From Antedon mediterranea (taxonomy: Eukaryota > Animalia > Echinodermata), in assembly GCF_964355755.1 (NCBI RefSeq), contig NC_092672.1, forward strand, positions 14,508,001-14,572,000: a stretch of 64,000 nucleotides of DNA, in the 5' to 3' direction. Shown here one piece after another: positions 53,261 to 64,000 of this stretch. Below the pieces are notes generated by a model. That model made no database searches, was not told the origin of the DNA, and saw only the letters and a program-made list of their open reading frames with translations. Each line of letters opens with the position of its first letter. Within the stretch, counting starts at the first letter, position 1. The position numbers and the translations under genes are program-made.

Positions 53261-56200
53261 GAAAACGTTTCCGATAATTGCTAGAGTTTATCCAGCCGTT
53301 ATAGAATCAATTACGCCATATGGCATACGCAATGTCTTTTATTTGTTGGTAAAATATTATTATTGCCAATGCTTGACGACGGGAGTAGGGAGTAAAATAA
53401 AACATTGTACTTTCTTTTATTATTCAGTTACTAAAATTCAAAACAAAATACTAATTTATTAAGTGACGGGGTATTGTACAGCAACTTCAATTTTATTTTT
53501 AGCTGGATCATACAGTCTAATATAACAAATTCCCCGAAGAGGGAAACAAATATAAAATGACATTAATCATAATATCACTATGTTCATACCATCAGAACAG
53601 AATGGTACTAATGGAACACATTATATATAAATAGAATATAAACATACAAAAATACCATCAAAGGAAGAAAAAAATAAAAGAGAAAATAAATTACCTATAA
53701 TATTATTGTTAGCGCCAATATTATTATATAATAATATGTTTCGATACGTTTTTTCCCACCAAGAAAAAAACATAGGCATATGACAGTGGTGTATGAATTT
53801 GACCAGGGAGATCTGAATCTCCCTGATTCAACAGACCCCCGAGCAGACCCTGTCTAAAATAGGCCTACAGGTAAAAACAAAAAGGTAAGCACAATAATTA
53901 TCACAATAATTAATAATTATGATAGAAACACTACTTCTTTATATGAATGTGCATTGCAAACATATTTTTGGGCCGCGAAACAGCTAAATTGGTTGGGGGG
54001 GGGGGATTTTTTTAGGCCTTTCCTTCGTATAGAGTCAAAACTAAATATAGTCTTTAAACATGTGTATCTCGGATTTTTTGGGCACGTCATAATTGTTCGC
54101 TAAAACTACACCTATCCTTTTGAAACCAAACCTCACACAAAAAAATTGCAAAATATAAAAATTGTAAATGAACAAACAAAAATCACACACACATAAATAA
54201 AACGAATTTACAAAAAATATGTCACACCCACAATGTAAAAAGTTTGTGTCACCTTCAACTGTCATCTACTTTTGACTACCACCATGTGCCTTATTTGTGT
54301 TAATTTCAAAGTCCGTAAGGAGCTTTTTTAGCTCAAATAATTAATACATCACGAAATCACCCAAATAATTTAGTTTTGCATTTTATATAGACCCTACTTT
54401 CGTTAGTGTTTGAGCGCATCATCTAATTCACAAAGCAACATCTTTCTTTAACGTCTTTTATTTTCGTAAAGTCAGTCAAAAGTAAAGTCTAAAGTTCCAT
54501 ATCCAGAATTGCTTTCATTTTTTATCTTAGGCCTACATATAGGCCTATGGTATATTTCAAAGTGAAGGAATAGGCCAAAATATAGTCGTAAAACATAGTA
54601 AAAACTAGTATCATTGAAATGTTTTAAACTTTCGACTGATTGACAGAACTCTCAACGCCTTTTGGCGTAGCTGCTTGTTTAAAATAACTCTATAATGAAA
54701 GAGATTATTTAGAGGGTTAGGTTCAATATTTTTAGGTGTTTTTTACATTTAAGTGACATTTATTGGCCTAGAGACAACAAATAGTCGGCAGTTTATTGTC
54801 TTTATTGTATAGTACAGTGCAAGGATATGCCTGCATAAATGCAATTTCGCATGTGAAAATTAGGTCCATTAATCACGTTAAATGTAAAAATTTAAGGATT
54901 GTGGTCTATATTTTGTAAGAGTGGGATCATGCAAATAATTGATTGACCAACATTTCTATGCGGTCATCAAATATGTGATACGTATCAAATTGCGTGGTTA
55001 CGTATAACATAGAACGAAAAGTAAAAAGGTACATGAAAGCTCGATTTATCGTAACAATTTTTCTATAAGAATATTTTACTTTGAATCAGATTGTACAATA
55101 CCTGTCTTACACGGTGATCACTAATTGTAATATTGTATCATAATGTATTAAATTGAATTAGGCTTACATAGCATTAGTATAATTAGATAACATTATACGT
55201 TTTTGATAAAAGATGTATTTCAATTTATATTTATAATATTATGTTTTAGTTTTTCTGAATTGACAATTACAGTGTTAGGAAAATAGGAATGTTTTGGTTT
55301 AATGCTTGCAAATATTTCGATATGTATGATACAGAACTATTTTCTAGATTGATGTCTAGGCCTATATTTATACATTGTAATTAACAAATCATGTGCAAGA
55401 ATAAGTTAAATTTATAACATAAACGCAAGTATAATACCAGCACGATGATAAAGTGATTGTGAGTTAAAATAAATGATACAAAGTCGCAATAAAAAAAACA
55501 TGTTAGGCCCTTAATTAGTATTAGCTTTGTTCTGTTTTAGAAAAAAATTCATAAATATTGTTTATATTTGAAAATGATGGTATTTGATGACAACGGTATT
55601 TTTAAAAATAATGTCTAGATATAGAAAACATTTGAGCCATATGGGCCATAAATGCAATTTCGTACGTGAAAATGAATTTCATTAATTACGTTGAAAATTT
55701 TCTCGACGTTAATGGTAAAAAGGAATTACATTACTGTAGAAATCTTAATCTTGGTGTTAAGTTTTTCAAATAAGTTTATGTTTATGTATTTTGATTAGTT
55801 TGTTTTAGCTTTACTTGTCTCGCCCTGGTTTAGCATAACAAAAATACATTTTATAGAAACGTATGTACGCAGATACCAATAAAACTTCTTTTTTTTTATG
55901 TAATAAATAGATAAACATTTGAGCCATGGTGAATAATAATAATATGCGGGATTTCTCTATATTAGGACAGTTTCTATTTTGGACACAGCACTTCCCTATT
56001 CTGGACAGAAATTTAACCATTTTGGACAGCTTCTCTATTTTGGACACGATAGCGCCACCGATTTTGGACACAAATTTCTCCATTTTGCACAAAATTCACC
56101 AACCCCTCCCGTTATTTTCGGCCAAACAGAGTCGCAATTTTATCTTAAATATGTGCGAGAGTAGGCCTACTACATTTACGGCCATGGGTAAATTCGTAAT

Positions 56201-56445
56201 AAACCAGCCGAATGGATTCATAAAGTTGTATATTTCATATGCAGCCCATGTTAACTGTAGCTTAATGAATGAATTACTCTCATGTGGTTGTAGCATCCAC
56301 TTTTCCAATACATTACATTACATTAAAGAATCAAAATCACTGTTAAGTTGAAACATGCGAGTGAAATATTAGGCCATCAGCTATTTACATTCATATTTAT
56401 AACACGTTTGAGGTATTTGATTTTAGTAATGGACTCAATCCTAAA

Positions 56446-57165
56446 TCACCATAGTGCTTGTTGCGGTGTGCATCTGGGAGCTTTTAGTAGGAATCTGGCC
56501 ATTTGTAGCTGTAATTTTTCTAAATCGTAATTATCTCTTCTTGAATTGCATACACCACATGCATAATTAATCGTGGGAAGTGCTATTGTCTTCCATAAGA
56601 TATTCCCAAAATAGACCCTATTAAAATCATCAAGGTTTCCTATTATACCTTTAATATACGAGATTAAACGTTTCCTTTTTGAATAACATGTTGATAGTGA
56701 CCATGCTCCTTTTGATTTGCACAAATTATTACACCTAGATATTTATAATTGTTTACCTCAGTTATAAATTCATCTCAAATTTTTCATTTTTATCACGATT
56801 GACACGTTTGCCAATAACCATTACATTAGATTTTTCATAATTGAAGCTTAACTTCCACTCTTTTCCATATTTCCCTGCAACATCTAACATTTTTAACATT
56901 TCAAATTCATTATTAGCTAGCAAAACAACATAATCGGCCCAAAAAAGACCACCCTTCCATGAACCATTCATGATCATTGTTACGAAGCATTTTAACAAAT
57001 TCATTTATAAATATACAAAATAATATTGGTGATAAAACGCATCCCTGTTTAACACCTTTATCTACATTGAATTAATCTGTAAGATTATTTCCCACCTTAA
57101 CCTTTGCTTTGACATTGCTATATAAGCATTTGTTAATTCGCCAGACTTTTCCCCCTAACAGCGAA
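56446..57165 (-). pseudogene. Non-LTR retrotransposon reverse transcriptase fragment
   Basis: GVKQGCVLSPILFCIFINEF, LFWADYVVLLA (YADD-box equivalent), WKLSFNYEKSNVM, NNYKYLGV; frameshifted. Confidence 0.88.
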
Positions 57166-57627
57166 TTTATCAAAACTGTTGTTTTTGCTCATTTAAGTGA
57201 AATTTCATGGTTTCTCCCAGTTTCCATTGTTACAAGACACTATTAAAATTTACCAAATATAAAATTATTAGTGGATTTATATAATTTAAGATTTCTTCTT
57301 CCTAATACAATATTAAAAAGTTTGGATTGCCACATTTACCATTTTGGACTTTTGGCACACTTGGCTATATTACAAATCACTGATGATTCTCAATCGTCGT
57401 GTTGTGTCTCTACGCCGCCTATCTAAAAAAACGTTCTTAGCGGCGGCGGCGCTACACAATTATCGCTTTGCATCACATTTCATCATCATGCTTTGATTTC
57501 TATCTTTTTTTGTTGTTTGTTTTTGTGGTACGAACCGGTTGTAGTCTCTCTCTCCCCACCCTTTCCCCGGTCCAGGACATTACGTGATCGACTGTCTCTC
57601 TTATCATTGAAAACTCTCTACTAAACC

Positions 57628-60600
57628 ATGGGTGTTCCTAAGTTTTATAGATGGCTCAGTGAACGGTATCCTTGTCTGAGTGAGGTTGTCAAAGAAAATC
57701 AGGTAAAGTGTCCCAGTTAGGGCCTGTGTAGCCTAAGTTTTAGGCCCAACTCTACACTCTATCTACCTCTACTAGGCCTAGGTTTAGGCTTCTAGACTAG
57801 GGAGGCCTAGGCCTAACTAATAATAATCGGGAACATACGATCGGGTCCAAAGCCTGAGACAATCAGGCCCAACAAGGTTGTAAGACAATCGGGACCCAGA
57901 GGCGGATCTAGGAGGGGGCGTAGGCCTAGCTTTGCGAGCGAAGCGAGCAAACATATTGGCTGGGAGGCCAGCAGGGCCAAGGGGTCGGGAATTTTGGCGT
58001 TCTAGCGCATTGTAAGTCGTTTAAAACGATGTTCAAACATCTCATAATGTCATTTACCAAACACTCTAAAGCTCGCAAATTACGACATAGTGAAACAACT
58101 AACATGCAGCTGATACCTAGACTAGGGTACCAAAGCAAGCTAACAACTTGACTGTACTTTACATCTAAATTTTTACAACGCGACGATGTTTTTTTAAGCT
58201 TTTATATAAGCATGCGAGATGCGGCTTCATCAATAGAGTTGATTAAACCACATGGTCAGTTTTCACGAAGTGCTACTATACTACGCGCCCATTTATTATT
58301 AAGTACAATAAAAACAAAGGCTAGGATTGTAGTGCCTATGAAAATTATCCCGTTAACAGCAAATCCCGACGAAACAGCAAATAAAACAACAAGGGTTATG
58401 GAATGCTGCAGCATTGTTAATATTTTAATAGTAATACGCTTTAATAAAATATAGGCCTAACGGACTACAGAGTCCTAGCCTTTGTTTTTATTGTACTTAC
58501 TAATAAATGGGCGCGTAGTATAGTAGCACTTCGTGAAAACTGACCATGTGGCTTCAACAACTCTATTCATTTACTGTGATTGATCGTCGGAGGTACCGCT
58601 ACTCTACTTCTTTTTTTTTTGTGTAATGTATTGTACCATATGGACAATTGTCTGAAATAAAAGTTGAATTGAATACGGGAGTGACGATCACAAAGGATGC
58701 CGACCTGCTTATTAGTGGAATGCGACCAAGCTCACCACATGGCTTTTATCAGCTTGCTCCTTTTGTGATTGATCGTTGGTAACGCTAGAGATTGATAGTA
58801 CACAAAGGATGTCGACGTACCTGGTGGAATGCGATCAAGCTGACGATGTGCTCCGAAGTACTATTTTCACTATGAAAATGTGCAAACCATCGGTGATTGA
58901 TGTCCGTCGAAACGATACGTGTTTTTAAAATCTATTTAAATTTTTTTTTTTTATTTATTTTATTTTGATCACAATAAAACCAACTTTTGTTTGGAATTTG
59001 TTATGCCGTGTGCCACTACTGGCACTAGTAGGGCCAGGCTTAGGTCTAGCTAGGGCCAGGCCTAGGCCTATACTTTTTTTATCAAACCATTACCGATCAT
59101 GTTTAAAAAAAAAAAAAATCGTTGGATTTTATTGTGTCGCGCTATTATTTTCATGATCGTTATTGTACATCGTGATCGTTTTTATATTAGATAGGCCTAG
59201 GCCTACTGTAGATATTTTTAGACGATGAGTATTAATGCTAATTGTATATTTGGGAAACAGATGATCGGGACCACGAACGATCGGACCCAAGACGATCGGG
59301 ACCACGGACGATCGGGCCCAAGACGATCAGGCCAACATTTTGCGGTCCCGATCATCTTATGTGTTTCGTCCGATCGTCTTACCAGTTGATCCCGATCGTG
59401 TGTTAGCGTTGGGCCCGATAGTCTTTTGTGTTGTATAAAATAATGTGCCAAATTTCATTCCTAGTGCTATAGTATAGTGTCAACGTGCTTTTCTTGCGTG
59501 AATTAAGATTTTAATTAAAAATGTTAATTAGATTTTCTGATTTTATCATAATTTTCCTCTAATTAACACTACTGGTTTTTTTAAGAATGTCTTTACTCTT
59601 GATTTATGAATAAATGTGATTGATTTTGATTGTTATTATTGTGTTGTTTTGTATGTATTTCCGTATTTAATTTTTGCTCTATACAGTGTGATATAACTTG
59701 ACTTCTCTCTCGCGACAAAATTAATAGCACATGCGTGAAACCTGAATCGGTAAATACAGATTTTCATATTTTTTAATTTTCCGAGAATGTTTTGGACCCG
59801 ATCATCTTATTCATTGGGCCCAATCAGCTGGGCCTGATCGTCTCTGGTCCAAATCGTCTTTCACCCTTGATGGGCCTGATCCCCTTGAAGTGGGCCTGAT
59901 CGTCCATGGTCTTGATCGTCTGATAACCGTATATTTCATTTATTTTATTCAATTCAATTCAATAGACATTTATTTACAAAATCTGAATACGTACAGTAGG
60001 AAAACAAGAAACAGGATTGTACAGAATTATAAAAGTATATCAAAAAATGAAGGCAAAAGCCCTGAAAGATGTTTTTAACATCTTGTGTTGGGCGAGCCTT
60101 AACACAAATAAAAAAGAAAAGAAATGCATTGAAGAAAATCATAAGTTTCATAATCTAAAATATGAATAACAGAAAAAAAAAAAAATCTGTTGGTACTGCA
60201 GATCGAGACATGACAGATTAAAAAATATTTAATAAGTAGAAAAGGTGTATTTTTTTAATTTTGAGAGAAGTATCTTAGGGGAAGCAGATTTTAAAATGGA
60301 GGGTGGCAGGTTGTTCCATAGGGTGGGTCCAGAGTATCGAATGTTATGTTGGAAAGAATTTGTTCTATGGGAGGGTATACTGTAGATAATTTATTTTTAG
60401 TATGTGTGTGATGGGAATGATAGAAGGAATTGGAAGTAAATAGATAACAAAGATGGTGAGGAAGGATGTTGTTTAAGGCAGAGTAGACAAAAATGGTTTG
60501 TTGAATTAAATTGATATCATTAAGTTCGATGAGATTAAGATTTGAAAATAAATGAGAGGAATGGGAAAGCGGAGGCGCGCCAGATATAATTCTGATAGCC

Positions 60601-63500
60601 TTCTTTTGGAGGGTTTGCAATTTATTAAGGTTTGTGGGGTATGTGTTGCACCAAACAATATTACAATAACTCAAATAGGGAAGAATCATAGAGCAATACA
60701 GGATGCGTAGGATATTAGGGGGTAAATATGAAGACAAACAAAAAATAATACCAAGGCTTTTGGAAATTTTGTTTTCAGCTGGTCCTAACTAGCTAGGCCT
60801 AGTCATGGCTAGTTAGGCCTCCTACAGTAGTCAGAAAAGAAGGATATTAGGGGTAGGGTTCCGTCATCGCAATTGATTGGTCAATTAAAAATTGTAATGA
60901 AAAATCTAACATGAACATTTTCATAAACTCATAATATACAAAGTACAGTAAGTTTAACAACGAATCTATCGAGAGGTTTGTTAGGTGTGTGATTTTGTTG
61001 GTTTGATCGTTTTTGCTTCATGGAAAATTCTTTTTTTGATTAAATTCACTATTTTCTTTTACTCACCATCATCTTTACCCATCATTGACTTTACCCACCA
61101 TTGTCTAGAAGGATGTTTGTTTAGGTTTAGAGGGCCTGCGGTCTAAACGTCTTAGCATAATAGCATTGCAGGATTCTGTAACGCTGGGTAGTTGAGTTCT
61201 GGTGTTGAAACCCTAACCATGGCGTACATTTGAATTACACTAAATGATTTAATATGTCTGCTTTAATAAATTCATAGATAATCCTGCTTCTCAATTTATA
61301 TTATTAGGCTTTTAATAAGTTTATGCCTGTTTTCTTTTTTCATGAATTACACACAAGTAGTTTCAGTGTTCTTCCCAGGCCTTTGAAGCCTCACGGTACC
61401 ATGATGATTAGGGTCTCTACCATGACGCTTTACGGTCGGCAGTGATGCTTAAAACCTTATCCGTGACGCTTAAAAATAACAACCAATCTAAAAATAGGTT
61501 AATAATAGGTACTAGAGTTGAGGCATGCATATGCATATGAGACATGTGACATGACCACTATGAAGATGAAAGCCAAGAAACAAAAGAGTGCGTAACAAAG
61601 TGTTATAATGGTTAAGACGCGCTTTCACTGACCGCAGCCGAGATATGTAAACACATGTTTTTTGTTGCTGCCATGTTTCTTTTTGGATCTCTAGTTTTAA
61701 TTGGCTGTTGGCTGAATCGTCCATTAATATGACAGAGCCGGAGTAGTAATGCGGTAACTTGTATTGTTGTAAATAAAGTTTTCAGTTAAAATAATGATTG
61801 ATTGTATTGTTTTTCTTTTAAAAAAAATAAAGTTAAAAATAAATATCATAATGATATTTTCAATATCACACTGAATTAATTGACTCTCTATGGATCGGTG
61901 AAATTTACTCTTTTGTCGTTAATGTACGCACATCATAAAATTTCCGACAATCTAGGGTGTCCATTACCAAACCATAGTGGCGCTGTGACTTATGTACTTA
62001 GTGTTTGAATCCAACCCCAATCGTCCTGCTACCATGCAAACAGTAATTATCCTGGTTAATAACAAAACAATCATCAAATAAGCAATTAAATGTATTTTTT
62101 TTAAATAAACTTATTTCTTACTTTTAGATCCCTGAATTTGATAACCTTTACTTTGATATGAACGGTATTGTTCACACATGCTCACATCCAGATGATGGTA
62201 ATGTGCACTTTAGAATCACAGAAGAAAAGATATTTGCTGATATATTTCATTATATTGAGGTACACAGTTTATGCTTTTATTTTTGTATTGGCCCATATGT
62301 AAGCAATATCTATAATATTGTAGGAAAAATTCAGACAAATTATGGTTTATAATTTAGAAAAATACAAAGATAAATCTGTATTTTTATTCTTTAATTATTT
62401 CAGGTACTGTTTCGATTGATCAAGCCTAGAAAGGTTTTTTATATGGCTATTGATGGATGTGCACCAAGAGCAAAAATGAATCAACAAAGAGGGCGACGTT
62501 TTAGGTAACATTTCAACCTCATTCCATATTTAGTGCAAATATAATAATTTTTAATTTCAGTACAGTGTGTCACATGAGGTATTGAATTTACACTATGATA
62601 TAATTGATACTATGTGACACTTTTTCACTGATCTTGAAGATACAGAACAAATAAAATTTTAACATTATGGAGAATTGGTGCATGCAACTCAGCTGCAAAA
62701 TATATAATCTCTGGATTGTTTTTAAAATACTTTGTATACTGAACCATCCAAATATGTTGTTACATTTTTATGTGGCAATTTCAGAACTGCTAAGGCTGCC
62801 GAAGAACAAGAAAAGCAAGCATTAGCAAAAGGAGAAAAGTTGCCAGATGAGAAGCGTTTTGATTCAAATTGCATCACACCGGGTACACCATTTATGGTGC
62901 GCCTTCACAATCAGCTTCAGTACTTCATATCGCAAAAGGTCACCTCTGATCCACTTTGGCAGGGTATTAGGATATACTTATCTGGTCATGAGGTACAGTA
63001 TATTAATAATAAATCAAACAATATTCAGCGGTTATTGTGTGTTTGTCAAATGCATGCTGATGGAAGTTTTTTGTGTGAATGAAATTACTTAGCTTTTTGG
63101 GCTATCCAAGAAAATCTTTTATAAATGTATTTATTTTTAATGTCAGTAATTTACGTTAGGAATGTGTCTGACGTGTATGTTTTATTTGTTTGAACTTGTA
63201 AGATAATAACATGTGGCAAATTAGTTTTTTTAGTCTGCACCTGGCCAACATATTCAACACAATGCATACATTTTCAGATGTTTTTTTTGTATAAATGTAA
63301 TAATAAAAGCACCTTTACTTTACTCTTCACTAATTGTTTCCATTTCGACTTTTACTTTACTTTGCTCTTCACTAATTGTTTCCATTTAGACCCCAGGAGA
63401 AGGTGAACACAAGATAATGGATTTCATTCGTTGTGAGAAAAGTGAAAGTAACTATGATCCTAACACAAGGCATTGTTTATATGGCTTAGATGCAGATCTG
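57628..63500 (+). CDS. XRN1: 5'-3' exoribonuclease 1, first 5 coding exons (gene continues beyond the window)
   Basis: Exons 57628-57702, 62128-62259, 62404-62504, 62785-62992, 63390-63500. [46 protein letters not shown]...[20 protein letters not shown]...[13 protein letters not shown]...[19 protein letters not shown]...[10 protein letters not shown]. The XRN1-type N-terminus distinguishes it from XRN2. Confidence 0.96.
58233..58566. mobile_element. MITE with TIRs of about 95 bp (PIF/Harbinger-like)
   Basis: ATAGAGTTG..CCACATGGTCAGTTTTCACGAAGTGCTACTATACTACGCGCCCATTTATT.. and its inverse; 3-bp TSD TCA. Confidence 0.88.
59255..59929. mobile_element. Degenerate MITE pieces made of GACGATCGGGNCC repeats (related units at 57828-57898)
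   Basis: Direct units at 59260-59335; inverted units at 59345-59425 and 59795-59920. Confidence 0.6.
59935..60778 (-). mobile_element. CR1/L2-group LINE 3' fragment in XRN1 intron 1
   Basis: KISKSLGII...[40 protein letters not shown]; (ATTGA)n tail at about 59945-59962. Confidence 0.88.
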
Positions 63501-64000
63501 GTGAGTACTACCTGTGTTGTCAGGCTAACCTACAAAAAAGACTTGTTTCCTATAGATTGTTTTTTTGTGCTAGCTTGCTCTCTTTGTACACAGTTTGCCC
63601 ACCACCACCACCCCTATTTCAACAGGTTATTAAATTGTCCTTTAAACAATCACAAACTGGTCTCTAGTACCCTCTAAAAACAAACTTGGATCCATCCTGT
63701 CTTAGTAATATATGGTATAATTAAAGCTAAATTGAAATCTAGATCTTACTGCACCCGTCTGTCCGTGCTTGCCTGTCTGTCCGTGCTTGATTGTAAGATG
63801 ATATTATATGTCTCGTATATAAATATATAAAATTTGTAAACGAAATGATTATGAAAGAGTTTTAATTTTGTTTATATGACCATGTTAGTGAACAAACTTT
63901 GTATTAATACCTGACTGTCTGTGCTCAATTGTATGATAATATTATAGGTCTGGGAAAAATATAATAGAATAAAACTAATTATTTAGGTTTGGTTTATTTT

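Noticed and set aside
57666-57674. GTATCCTTG U12-like donor in XRN1 exon 1
   Set aside because: Lies within conserved coding sequence (ERYPCL); the real donor is at 57703.

Overview
AT-rich, intron-rich animal genomic DNA. An invertebrate deuterostome such as an echinoderm is suggested by a Deu-domain SINE and heavy TAGGCCTA usage (inference only). I reconstructed four spliced genes by hand from splice sites and reading-frame phase. (1) A 5'-partial mARC/MOSC gene on the minus strand (3 exons, runs off the left edge). (2) A complete tandem mARC paralogue on the minus strand (7 exons, 329 aa) with an altered active-site segment. (3) A complete eIF4G gene on the minus strand (29 coding exons, about 1594 aa, with PABP-binding, eIF4E-binding, MIF4G, MA3 and W2 regions), whose first coding intron has U12 minor-spliceosome signals. 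(4) The first five exons of XRN1 on the plus strand, head-to-head with eIF4G. The rest is mostly transposon-derived: a deleted Academ element, several MITEs (one carrying a HIRAN-like cargo), nested Tc1/pogo-like, Kolobok-like, hAT-like and Helentron-like elements, LINE and SINE fragments, and tandem arrays. Most short ORFs in the supplied track are exon read-throughs or noise. All homology calls come from motif recall, not from database searches.
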